A model generated the notes under the pieces. The model did not search any database. It saw only the letters and a program-made list of their open reading frames with translations, and had not been told where the DNA came from. Position numbers and translations under genes: made by a program. DNA of 64,000 bases from Parasitella parasitica NRRL 2501 (Eukaryota; Fungi; Mucoromycota): contig MU619318.1 of NCBI GenBank assembly GCA_025201805.1, positions 88,529 to 152,528 of the forward strand, written 5' to 3'. Numbering within the stretch: the first letter of the stretch is position 1; every line of letters starts with the position of its first letter. Positions 27,051 through 39,660 of this stretch are shown piece by piece.

Positions 27051-27965
27051 AGCTGCGCACTTTATAGGATACATTTGGAATACTCACTGTTATCTCCAAT
27101 GACTCTAGATTTACCAAATTGGACTGATCGACTAAAAGTAGTAATGCTATTCTCCTTTTCAACATAAACAGACAACCGTTGGTAATTGTCATCAAGATCA
27201 CTTGACTTGAATTGTGATTGGAGCAGCATGTCGTCGATTAGATTTTCTGGGGGCCAAGAACCCTGAACAATATGATAGCGTAGCCAAGACTTTGATACCA
27301 GCGATTGATTCAATTTATCAGGCGGTGGAATCAAGAAGGTATAGTTGAGTTCCTTCTGGTCGATAAAATGGCTCGAGTCATATTTATCAAACAACTCGAC
27401 CATGTGAGTGCCGTTTGAACCATACAAGTATTTTCTCGTGTTGAAGTCTATACCGTTAAACTTGAATGTATCGTCAATTTCATGAATGACTCCATTAGCA
27501 GCAATGATGTCAGTCTTAACAATTGGGATGTCGTTGACTGTGGTTAATTTTTTGTCTTTATCAGCTGCAACCACCAAGGAATCTCCCGATAAAGATTTAT
27601 CTATACAGTGAGTGTGTTGGTTACTATTACTAGAAACTACTCAGCGCAAAGATATAAAAGCAAATCCTTACAAGTCGTTTTTCCTGAATTGAATTCATCA
27701 ATGTAAATTGCTTTGTCGATGATGGCATACTTGAAAAACAGAGACAAATCATCTTTTCCATATTTTGATTCAAGATATGAAGTTTCAATCGTATTGAAAT
27801 TTTCCAGAGGGTTCTCCTTTTTTGATACTATAACTGTAAACGGTCTGTTTTCTCTCAGTAAATCAATGATGTCAGTTGAATTCATGAGGTTAAAAACAGC
27901 CTTGTTTCTATCAATCATAGAATCCCCTATAATTTTTCATGCGTCAAGGTATGACTACATAAAGG

Positions 27966-28038
<73 letters not shown>

Positions 28039-28521
28039 TAACATACCCAATGACATAGGCGGCTGCAATACTCTATCGATAACCTGAATATGTGTCTGGT
28101 TGTTTACTTGGATATCCTTTTCAATAATCTTGGCTTGGTTCACAAAGGTCTTTTTACCATCTTTTGTGATTTTCATGCGTTGACCTGTTTTGCTATCGGG
28201 GCCTAAATAGCCTGGCCTAACATACATTGTTTCCTTGAGTTGTCCATGATAAGTATTGTCGATTATCAAGTCGTTCTTCAGTAAATGGTATAACAGGATT
28301 GAACGATCAATTTCAAATTGGCATTTCTTGAACGCCTCGTTGTCAGGCGCAAATAGAGTTCCAGATTCAAGATTGTTGACAAGCGTTACTAATTCCAAAT
28401 GCTGGATATGATCCAAAAGCGTCTGGAACTTTTCATCTTCGGACAATGCATCAATAATAGTTTTCAAGGCTACTACAGCATTGAATAACAATAAAAAAGG
28501 GAATATAAATGTTTTTAGCAT
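25913..28521 (-). CDS. Multi-FAS1 (fasciclin) type I membrane protein
   Basis: Signal peptide; repeated TLFAPDNEAF/TLFVPTNEAF and NGVIHEID/NGVVHKI motifs; C-terminal TM helix and short tail. Confidence 0.92.
27017..27045. repeat. (GA)n microsatellite in a fasciclin intron
   Basis: Directly visible. Confidence 0.9.
27969..28037. repeat. Poly(T) tract (~69 nt) in fasciclin intron 1
   Basis: Directly visible; length may be assembly-inflated. Confidence 0.9.
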
Positions 28522-28639
28522 GATGTTTAATTATAAGAGAGAGAGAGAGAGAGAGAGAGAAAAAAAAAAAAGGAAAGCGAAAAGGATGGCATTTTTATAG
28601 CATAAATTCTAGTAGTCACTGTAAAATCAAATCGATTGT

Positions 28640-30125
28640 CTAATGGCATGCGCCAAAGAGAGGTCTGTCAGAAGGGATAAAGCACCAGAGTACCAGCATG
28701 ACAGCGGACATTACAATACAGGCACCAGGCATTATGAGGATACCAAATTTACCTGCAACTTGACCTGTTAAGAAGGGGAATAAAGCAGCACCACCAGCAC
28801 CCAATCTACATGTGCGCTGTTATAAATGCATGGTCAACAAAATTTCACATTTTGGTTACTTACGCAGCCATAAACCCGATGGATGTTGCATGATAACTTC
28901 TAGGGAGCGCTTTTGACGCTAATGAGATGGTGGTTGGAAACATTGGTCCCAGCAATAAGCCTAATGATACAAAAGCTATATATATATATATGTATATGAA
29001 TATAGAAGATAAGATACGTATTATATTAATATCCACGTGTGGTATTGCTGGTGTGCGTCTTACCTGTGGAATCAAGGAGAACATTGGAGGATACAGTCAT
29101 AATGAATAAACCCCCAATAATCATCATAGTAAACAAAGTTATCATTAGCTTTTCGCCAAATCTGCTGGACAAATAGCCCAATAAAATACGGCCACTGGCT
29201 AGACCAGCCCAGTAGCCGGAAACAACATTTGCCATTGCAATGCTATCTCCATGTCTACCTTCTTTCAACCAGGTATAACCCCAACCACCAAGAGTTACTT
29301 CGACACCGACATAAACCAAAATATAAGCTGCGCTGATCAATGTCACCCGATTACAGATGGCCATCTTGGTCAATTCTTTATGATTGACCTTGACGCTGTC
29401 TTGCTGCTCGTCTTCTGATTCCTCCTTGATTTCTTCCAGATTGACCTTACAGAAGCCAAACGCCATCATTGCAATGTTGAGGATAGCTACGAATGTCAAA
29501 AAGATGTACATTCCCTTCCAGCTGATGTTGTGTTTCAGTAACAACGAGGCTACTAATGGAGATATCATAGCACCAACGCCATACAAGGCTAAATAGAAGA
29601 TATTAATAAAGGCAAATTTGAATAAATGGCCAGCTTACCGTGCAAAACATTCAACATCAGGGTTGCAAGGGGTACATTTGCGGTATACACATTCATACCG
29701 GCGTCCAAAACAGCCATTCCAGCGCCTACAAATGGCATGGTACATGCCATGACGGGGAAGGGGAATCCCATGGACAGGACGATGAATGAAAACAGCATGA
29801 GGGTAGCACCAAAGTAGAGTGTATTTAGCTGGCCAATTTTATGTACAATGTAGCCGTTTAGGCCTGCGCTGATAAAGAAGCCAAACGCAGAACACAAAAA
29901 TAGCAAGGAAATTGTTTCGTTGGAGATGGCATAGTATTCCTTTAGCCTAGGAATGATCGTACCAAGACTTCCATCATTTAACCCTGCTACAATGCTGATG
30001 AAAAATGCTGAAGCTAATGGCCTGGCATAAGGCTTTAAATCTTTCAAGGTTTCTTGTTTTATTTGCTGCCTGTCTTGCTGCAATAAAGGCTGGTTTTCTT
30101 GATTTGATGATGATTGATCCGTCAT
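28640..30125 (-). CDS. MFS transporter (BSC6/FucP-like)
   Basis: GLNDGSLGTIIP, LHALYGVGAMISP, YVGVEVTLGGW, GYWAGLASGR, LGPMFPT; about 12 TM segments. Confidence 0.9.
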
Positions 30126-30966
30126 ATTTTTTTACTTGAAAAAAAAAAAAAAATATGAAAGAGATGCGATTAGAGCTTAAATAATTATAGAAGAAAGAAA
30201 AAGGACAAATGAAAAGCAAACAAATTTTAGACTAAAAGGCCGCGCATCTTACAGAAAGTAGCAGCAAATTAGGGACAAAGCGGGTAAATGCCGAGAGATG
30301 GATTTTCACATCCTCAAATCTTGAGACTTGGTCATTACCAAGCTTGTGCAGAATCTAAAAAAAAAAAAAAAAAATTACTCTGCATCACAAGTTTTCTTGC
30401 GACTGTATCGCACAACCATCAATTACACACTAGAGTACAAATGAATATCTAGCTATACATGTACAGCATTTTGTTTATGAATTAGATAAACCTCTTCTTG
30501 GTCATGCTGGTATCTTGTAATTGCAAAAAATATATACATTGTGCTCTGAAATATGTGTTACCGTCAATTCCTTCGTTCTTTATGGCCACAGGGGCAATAG
30601 AGGTCGGCAAACTGCACAAACAAATCCGTAAGACGTCAAGTTGGCACAATATTTGCAACCCCTGAACTGAGTTGATCTGTCCACTGTTCTGCTTCTGTGT
30701 AACCGGAATGAAGCCAAGTATTCATCACATATTTGATTTTTGAAAAGAAATTGCGAGGTCCTGATTATATCGCTTTTGACGTCTCATTCGAGTAGCTCCT
30801 CTAATACAGATAATGGGAATGTCTCTCAAACTAGTGGAAATCAATTGACATCTATCATACAACGACTCAACACACAAAACATTTTTTAGACGCCCCTATT
30901 CCATAGCAGTTGATTATTTATAAGTAAGTTATCCATCGAAAACTGGAGAGAATCATACAAAATATA

Positions 30967-32010
30967 TTATACATCGAAAAACTATAAATAAACAAGTTAT
31001 GTTAGCACATATTGTATGAATTGCTATGTCAACCACAAGTTACCTCCGTTGTGTCGGGTTCATCCATTCTTTGTTTAGCTCTCGCAACTCTGTCAGCCAT
31101 GACAGGGTCATCCTTTAAATCAATTCTAGCAACAGTTCTGCTACAACCAGGAATAGGACAAGGAATCGCATGAGAATGTGAAGGGAATAACGAATAAATG
31201 GCTTTCTTTGAGTAAGTGTGTTTGCATTTGTTACTAGAGATGAAAAGACATGAATAATTGTTGAAATAAATTTACGGTTTTTATACCTTGTAACTGGTTC
31301 ATCAAGCCAAACTGTTGTAATTGGACATTTGAGTGAAATTCTGGTAGGGCCCATCACTATATCATCGTCGTCGTTACTACTGACAAGGCTAGGCATCATT
31401 TCTTCAGGATGATTAACATTCTATCTAATGCATTAGCTGCTGCTATATACTGACAACGTAATGTACTAACCCAAATTTGCTGTTTAAACGCAAGGTACTT
31501 TTGGTTTGAATTAATTCTCGCTTCATCATCAACAGCTTCGTTAGCCAGTGTTTGTTGTATTTTCTCGTAATACGCTATGGGATCAGTCTAAATTGATATT
31601 TAGTCGATGAGAACAGTCTAATTGCTTGAAATGCACAGGGAAGCTTACTATCTTTTCGCCATTATTGATGCGCTGTTTCAGCAAATTCAACGTTTTGTTT
31701 CCCAAGTCCAGTCTATGCTCAAAATTTACAAATTGTTTAAAAGTGCCATCTAATGTGGATACCTCAATGAAACAAGTTAATGAGCTAGTCCTGTCATTGC
31801 AAAATATGGCATACTCACTTTATCAGGCTGGTTAGCTTCCTCACGTCCTTGAGCTGCTAATGTGATGGAATTTTGAGCTTCTTGAATCAAGTAATAGACA
31901 TCATTTACATCATTTGCCAAAGAAGGTTTGAAGTTCGTGCTTGGATCCAAGGCGAATCTATCTTGGATATTTTGAAGCGTTTGTTCTACAGATGTTTGTT
32001 CTACAGACAT
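30967..32010 (-). CDS. NSE2: E3 SUMO ligase Nse2/Mms21 (Smc5/6 subunit)
   Basis: DDDDIVM..ISLKCPITT...EPVTSNKCKHTYSK...CPIPGC SP-RING across exons; helical N-terminus. Confidence 0.88.
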
Positions 32011-32816
32011 ATTCCAACAAATTTGTTAGCAAAGAAACTGCACAGCTAATTTTTTCATCGAGTCCAAACACTGCCGCGGTTGTTACCATCTGACTGGTTT
32101 TTCTGCAATTTTATGGTTAACAGCACATGCGATCAAGTTGTCCTTGCAACGGCAGACTTAAAAAGAAGCAGGAGTAGATATTGTCTGGCACCATCCACGA
32201 GCGGTTTATTATCTAGTTTATCAAGGGAGAGATGGGAATTGGATAAGAGAGACCACTAGATGAATTTGAAGCACTCTTATTAAAAAGCTCTATTCATGTA
32301 AACCATAAAAATTCCCCCCCCCCCTTCTCATTGTTTAAAAGCGATATTTGCTATAATCTGCTCTAATATCTTTGCAAACCACTAAGCGATAGAAATACAA
32401 CCTTCACCCAAAATATTGTTCTTTTGCACCATTTTACAACATATCAGAGCTTCATTTGAACCCCAAACCTCATGTTAAATTTTCAGTTTTCATCTTTAGG
32501 ACAACCTTCGGGGTCATTTGCAAATACGGACTTGAGGTCCATGAAATACATACATCCTAACACTACGGTATTGGTGAGTGGTAGATTAACGTTTGCTATG
32601 TTTTTTAATTTCTCATATCTATGTTCGCTCTCGATATTTTGACAATCTACTTGACAATAAAATGAACTAGACAACAGCTCGCGAAGAAAGTAACATGGAG
32701 GCTATTTTGAAATGTCAAGGCAGGTTTACTTGTCTTTTATTTATAGTACATTTTAATTATTTCTTTATAATTAGATAGTAGTGGTATTATATTGTAATGT
32801 ATTTTATCGAGTGTCT

Positions 32817-34725
32817 TTAGAGAGTACTATTGGCGTTGTCAGCTTTATAGTCAAGTTCGTCTTTAACTAATCTACCCTGATTTTCCTCATCATTTCTTCC
32901 CAGAGTCCAAATTTGAGCAAACCGGTTAAAGCTAATGCTCTTGGGATTACTGATTTCATAGAATTCACCATCACACATGACACACATGATGTTTTTCTTT
33001 TCATACTTGTGTCTGAACATATCTTTTACAAAAGCCTTTGCTTTAACCCATGCAGAATTGCTATCGACTTTATCCACTTTCTTCATGTGATGTTCAGGTT
33101 CACGAAAATTGATCTCAAAGGGTGAATCAAACTGACCGATACGGGAAACGTGGTTACGAAAATTGGCAAGTTTTTTCAAATAACTAGTCATATTCTCTAG
33201 ACTCATTACTTCAAGTCTGCCATCATTAGCTCGCTGAGGTTTCCAGTTATTAGGATCACAAGGGCCAGAACGGTTCAACACTGACTCCAAACCAGATTCA
33301 GCTTCTCCCCATAAATCGACCTCTCTCCCCCTATAAAACCGTGGTTAATGTCTATATAATAATGCATCGTACTACTACTATACGACTTACCAAATATGGG
33401 GAATATTTTGGATCACCAAATCAATAGGGTCTTTACTGATCTCTGGCAAGTTGGATACGGTCCTATTTTTGGCCTTTTTTTCCTCAGGAGTTGGCCAATC
33501 AAGCAGTTTTTCTCCGTTTTGAGTAAAACTCTTGATGAAATGCGTTAGATCGGGAAATCTCCTCCAAAAGACCCACTTGGAACTCTCATGAGCATATATC
33601 ATCATATTCATTAGCCTATTTCCAGCACGGTGAGCTTCAAACCCACTACCAACAAAGCCTTGCACTCCTATCGACATGTAGTTGCTCATTTTCCTGACCA
33701 TGTCGTGTTTATTTTCGCTTTTAGGTTCTTTCACTTCGGCTACGTCATGACCATCTTTTCTTTCTTTCGGACCAGCTTCACGCACATATCCAGAGGGATA
33801 CGATGACATTTTGATCTGCCAGATATCTAATCGAGCAGCCTCTGATTTTTCCAGCCTCTCAGCAATCAATTCTTCAAGATTTTGTAGTTTTGATCCGAGA
33901 ATGTTTTTATCGGGTATTGTGCGACCCCATCCTAAAACCTGACTAAAGTCATTGCCAGTGCCAAAGGGGATACCTGTTGAGAAGAAATTTAGCATTACTT
34001 GTAACGAAATAGCGAGACAATGACCTACATGAGAAAAATACAAGGTCCAGATCGATTTTATGCGTCACCAGTAGCTCAAATACACTCATGACGGTTCCAT
34101 CGCCACCAGCGCTCCAGACATGAATTTGCCTGGTTTGCACAGCATTTGATAAAATACCTTTTTCAGAGCTATTGGCAGACAAAGTGCTCTTATTTTCAGA
34201 CGTATTCTGGGGTTCGAGTGGTGGTAATTGGCCGAAATTCAACTTTGCTTCGACCAACTGGATGTTCTTTACACCGTTCATACGATCCTCATCGTCCAAA
34301 ATATTGTGCACTTCCACTTGAACTTGAGGAAACTTGCGAAGGCGGAAATGCTGTATAGGCAGGTTGATCAGATCGCTGCCCTTTCGGTCGCCGCTCAATG
34401 GATTCACAAAGATGAACAAGTAAATGCTGGGTCTCCCTTCTGTAACTGTGTCATCCAGTTTGACAGAATTGTGAATTTTGCCCTCGGTAACATATGCTGA
34501 GGGCCTTTTGTCTGGGTCGGCGTTATTATCTTTCTCTATTGACGGAGGAGGGGTATCGAGCGCCTCATTAGCAGAAGCAATTGGAGTGGGGCTGCTGTTT
34601 CGTTCCGCAAAATCCTGGCCTGGACCGTTTGATTAGCTTCGTTCATGCTTACATGACCGATGATTATTACCTAGTATGGGTTTATCTTTATGATGATCTC
34701 CAGCTTCTTGATTTGCTGGCAGCAT
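32817..34725 (-). CDS. Diacylglycerol kinase (catalytic + accessory domains)
   Basis: FVNPLSG, SAGGDGTV, PFGTGNDFS, NYMSIG, QNIPHIWG, DGRLEV, CDGE; the start at 34725 abuts an assembly gap, so the 5' end is uncertain. Confidence 0.85.
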
Positions 34726-34732
34726 GTTGTCC

Positions 34733-34747
34733 NNNNNNNNNNNNNNN
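34733..34747. other. Assembly gap (15 N)
   Basis: Ns in sequence. Confidence 1.
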
Positions 34748-34994
34748 AAAAAAAAAAGGAAAAACGACTAAACCACAATCTATTTACCATGTCTTATTTA
34801 TAGGCGCATAAAAGTTTTATGCCAAATATAGGCAGCCATGATGTAATAATGATTTTTTTTTTCGAGTAGACATATTATACTATTTGGTCTCCTTTATGTA
34901 AGAAAACACAGGAGAATGACATTTTATTTGGTAATATTGACCTTATTTAGCGACAAATTTCTTTATCGAGCAACAGTAAACATAGCGATCATGC

Positions 34995-35762
34995 TTATTT
35001 GGTATTATCCATGCTCGATGTAAGTGATGCAATCGATTCACGGCGTTCCTTTTGATGCGATGGCGGTTCAGCTTTTGTTATTATGACAGTACAAGGGCTG
35101 TTATGTACGACATAATCACTAACGCTGCCCAGCAAAGTTCTACAGGATTTCTAGCTGTGTAAATAGACATCAGGTGTCTTTTTCATACCAACGCAACAAA
35201 CCTTTTGATTGTGCCCATCTTCCTTGCTCCCATCAAGACTACGTCAGACTTGATTTCTTTGGCCTTTCGCAAGATCTCGGCCTTGGGATCTCCAACCATA
35301 GAGATAGCCTTGCATGCGACCTTGATTTTTATTACATCAGGGAAACGCATTCGCTGTCGATGGATATATAACAACATCCTACCTTTCTTCTGCTGAGTTC
35401 TTCTGCAAAGACTCTCAATAAATGATGGCTTTCTGTCCTTCTCTCTTCGCTTACATCATCTACATATCCTGTAGAGTTAATATAAGGAGCGACAGGTATA
35501 TCCATTTGACGAACATGGACTAGAACCACCTAGAGACTCACGATAAATAATGCCGTCATTACTCGCTTTCTTGATCACTTACTAAATCTTTCTTTGGTGC
35601 GATAAAATTATCGAGAGCCCAGTGAAATGTAGTATCTGCAGAATCTGGGTCTAGGCAGATAAGAACCACACGAGTCAACTCGGGACTTTCATCAGAAGTG
35701 CCAGCATATGTTTGTACGAGTGTGTCAGTTTTTTTGAGGGTTAGATCTTCGGTATTGGACAT
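34995..35762 (-). CDS. Universal stress protein A family protein
   Basis: VLICLD..WALDN, LVHV, GDPKAEI, DVVLMGARKMG..RTLLGSVSDYVVHNSPCTVII. Confidence 0.92.
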
Positions 35763-36514
35763 GATTATTATGAGGAAGAGAAGAAAAGAAGACGATAGAC
35801 TAAAATTTTCTGGTAAAATATGCAAACGTTGAAAAAATGGGTTGATTTTTTTTTCAAGACATTTTGCATGAATTCGGATGCACTCCACACTGCAACATGG
35901 GTTACATCATACTTGAATCTGTTATTTCTTACTTACAAAGCCACTCCAACGCACATGCACATGTCTTTGCGTAGACTTGAGTGTATATAGATGCAGCAAG
36001 GATCTGTTCAATTCAAAAAGTCGACTTTCATCCATTTGGGATCAGGTAATGAATGGCGGCAGGGCAAGCCCAGGGTATTATATCATATATGGACGATATA
36101 TCGTTCACGCTCAGCAACAATGTGCCAAGTGCGAAGTTATACTAATAATTACATTACATTACTGTAAAAATCCTCCCCCCCCCTCATCCCCGCCCATCAA
36201 GTGCCAGGATCAAACAGATTACAGTTTCCAGTTTCAGATGGGGCTTTTCCTAAACATAGGATCACAATGGCTGCGTATTAGCAATTAAATCAATTAATGC
36301 ATATAAATTGACATGGCTTCATTGTCATCTCACAATCATCAAGCGGGCATGTTCATCCGGGGCAACGATGCTATTCATCCCTCTCTCTCGCTCCCAGTCA
36401 CGAGAGATGACTGTCTGGAGGATTGCAAAATGAATGAGACCCTCCCCGAATGTCTAAAATCTCTTCGACTCAAGTGGAAACACCCCAGTCTATGGCTTTT
36501 TGTTGTTAATCATC

Positions 36515-37414
36515 ATGTTTCATAGAACCATAATTCAAAAACGGGCATTTCATTACAGCTGCAGCCTTTCTGAAAAATGGACCAAGGCCGGCCTTCGCCG
36601 AATGAAGAAGACCGACCTTGCTGCTTTAGCCAAAGAGAATCACCTGGATATATCCGGAACAAAGAACGACATTATCATTCAGCTACTGAGCCATCAAACT
36701 GCCAAAATCGTAGGTAGCACAACACCTACATTGCATAGCATTCGCAAAGTTGTCGATAAATCAGACGAGACGCCTGAGGATGCTGTCGATGCCGTTAAGG
36801 CTGATAATGAGTGGATGAAAGCTTTTGAAATGAAAGTAGCTCAAAGGGGAAGCAGAAAACCAATGACTGATTCAAGAGATCATTTCACTTCGTCTGGCAG
36901 CGGTGCTAGCAAACCACACCCATTCAATGATGCAGTCAGGTCAACCGTTGTAAAACCTGCAATTGAACAAGTCCAGTCTACATTACCGCCACCCACCACA
37001 GTCGACAAGTCTCCGGCAACCAAAGAAACATACAGGCAAGCGCCTGAAATACTAAATGAATTAGAAGGTATGGATCCTGCATGGGTTGACGCATTTGACT
37101 TGAAAGTTGGATCAAGAGGAGCAAGGCATCATATGACAGACACATTGTCCCCCTCTACACCTACTTTGTCGGTGCCGATAAACGAATTATCATTTATCAA
37201 TGTCGCTAAATCAGAAAAAGAAGAACACCCGCCAGCGGCCAATGACCTCAAAAACCACACTGACGAAAAAGCTCGTAGAAGCGAAACCTCTACCAGCAAT
37301 AACAACGCCTGGATCAGCGCAGTTGTCGGAACTAGCATGTTAGCATGGTATGTCGGCGGTGAGCAAGGATTCAGCAGCGTTTGGCATTTCTTAACGGCTT
37401 CGTCTTCCTCCTAA
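36515..37414 (+). CDS. Putative mitochondrial SAP/HeH-domain membrane protein (Aim34-like architecture)
   Basis: Presequence-like MFHRTIIQKRAFHYS; LRRMKKTDLAALAKENHLDISGTKNDIIIQL SAP motif; C-terminal hydrophobic segment; intronless. Confidence 0.7.
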   Translation: MFHRTIIQKRAFHYSCSLSEKWTKAGLRRMKKTDLAALAKENHLDISGTKNDIIIQLLSHQTAKIVGSTTPTLHSIRKVVDKSDETPEDAVDAVKADNEWMKAFEMKVAQRGSRKPMTDSRDHFTSSGSGASKPHPFNDAVRSTVVKPAIEQVQSTLPPPTTVDKSPATKETYRQAPEILNELEGMDPAWVDAFDLKVGSRGARHHMTDTLSPSTPTLSVPINELSFINVAKSEKEEHPPAANDLKNHTDEKARRSETSTSNNNAWISAVVGTSMLAWYVGGEQGFSSVWHFLTASSSS

Positions 37415-37454
37415 TCTTGAGCAGAGGGCAGGCTTTATTTAACTAACAAACGGT

Positions 37455-37526
37455 TTATATATCAATAAACTCTTGGATATCTCTTATGATTGATATTTGA
37501 TCTGTGTTTTTAGAAAATAGATTTGA

Positions 37527-37582
<56 letters not shown>

Positions 37583-39050
37583 AAATAAAAGCCGCATGTG
37601 GTGAAGCATTGTAGTGAGGCTTACATAATACAGGCTCGCCATGTCCCATGCGTCTATACAGTCGCATTCTAACGTCCACTTCTTGTCGACGTTCTGAAGG
37701 GAACAGTTTTCCAATGGTATTGAACATATTGGCAGACTGATCCATGCCAACAGTCGTATCTTTCTGACCGTGTAAAAACAGGATTCTAGGCCATAAATCC
37801 AGCAAGTCTTCAGAGTCAGAGAAAAGATCGGCGTTTTTTTCGATCAAACGAACTGGTGAATTAGCCTTGTACCCTTCTTGGCCAAGACCCATCACTCTGG
37901 CCATTACCGATAGCTCTTCAATGCCTCGTGCTGTTTCGTGTAATAAATGTGCGGCGATATCATACACACCAGCAAACCTATATTCAAGAAATCAATACAT
38001 GCAACACATGAAACACTTTTCCCTGTCCGATCTTACAATAATAAGCCCTCCACAAGAGGCAAGAAATCATGAGGCTTATTATTGCCATTATTTTTCATGG
38101 TAGTCTTCATGGCGGGATCATGTTTCTCGCTTACGAGAGGAGAAATTGCTGTTGCTGCCGACACCGCTTCCAGGCTTTCATCATATCTTACCTGGTTTAT
38201 TATGTCTGACAAGATTACATGGGATACCAGATGAGCACCAGCACTGTGACCCTATCAAAGACAGTTATTGTAATTTTATCCATTTCTACATGTAAATAAC
38301 ATGTACATACCATGAGGTAAATTTGCTCGGCATCGCCATTGAAATTATTTGCATGCTTGTGGGTCCATTTGATTGACTCTCTAATATCCTCATATATGCC
38401 ATCAATCTTGACTTCTGGGTATTTGCGATAATCAGGCACGACTACAACATAGCCCAACTCGCGCAGTGTGTCGGCTAATGTAGAGTAGATCAGCTTGGAT
38501 CCAGAGCCCCACCCACCGCCGTAGACAAATACAATGATGCGAGACAAACTGCCATCGCGTTTCTTGTCTGGGTGATAAACATCCAATTTCATATGGTTAT
38601 GGTATGGGATATCACGACTTCAGGACTGTGAGTTCAAGCGTGACATTAGTCGATAACAAAACATACACACCTGACTATCTCTTTGAAACATTCTGATCTA
38701 ATTTTCCAATAACGCCAATGTACATAAGATACTACTAGTGGCAGATAGTTAATCCAGGCTACCAAATGGCTCAGCAAAACCATGTTGATCTTGATGACCC
38801 GACTAGGGTTGAACGGTAGTGATACTTTAGTGTCGCCTGTTGCATGGATATAGTACATGAGCCATGCACATATATAAAATGATACTGATTTAGAAATAAT
38901 TAGTTGGATGTATAATAAATGACAAGCTTCAGGTTAAATACCAATCGCAAATATGAAAAACGGTAAAAACAGCATGGCAATGACTACTATTAACGGAAGA
39001 AAAAACAGTGATAATGACACATAAAGAGTATTTGATTGAAACCAAGCCAT
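37455..39050 (-). CDS. Alpha/beta hydrolase, isoprenylcysteine methylesterase (ICME)-like
   Basis: N-terminal TM; LDVY, VYGGGWGSG, PDYRKYP, GHSAGAHL nucleophile elbow, AGVYDI, HGQKDTTV, GH. Confidence 0.88.
37528..37580. repeat. Poly(A) tract (~53 nt), which forms the polypyrimidine tract of the last ICME-like intron
   Basis: Directly visible. Confidence 0.85.
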
Positions 39051-39660
39051 AGTTCGCTGTATATTTAATGTGGAAAAAAAAAAAAGATTTGTAATGGAAA
39101 AAAGAGAATAAAAAAAAAGTGTTAGGGTGCCTATTTTCTATATTTACAAAACACATATTTGGCTCATAAAGGGCGGCAAATAAACACAAGGAAAAACTCT
39201 GACAGTAATCGTCTACAGATAAACAACAAATGTTTCATGCAAACGCATATATAAAATGCTGTATTAGATATTGCTCCTGCATTCAATGCATTGATGTATT
39301 TTTAATGCAATGCTGGGTCTGTACTTGCTGTAATGCCAAAATCAATTCAGTGCCTCCTGAATGTGAGCATTGTCAGTGATATTTCGACGCTTTTTACTGT
39401 TTATTCAGTTGACGATCATCCTTACACGCTTGTGATCAATCGTGCTGGAATAGTTAAGCTCAAGAGATACAGCTAATACTGTAATTGGTGCAAGAGTTTT
39501 TCAAGTACTTCTCATCTTTAAAAAAAAACAGATTTTGCAGCACTAATGCAATCAGTGAAAAATGAGGCTGTCGGATAGGCAAAAATTTGCTCTCATTTCG
39601 AGCATAAAAAGTCAATCACTGGAATTTCATTTTTTTTTTTTTTTTTCAAACCTCAACGCA

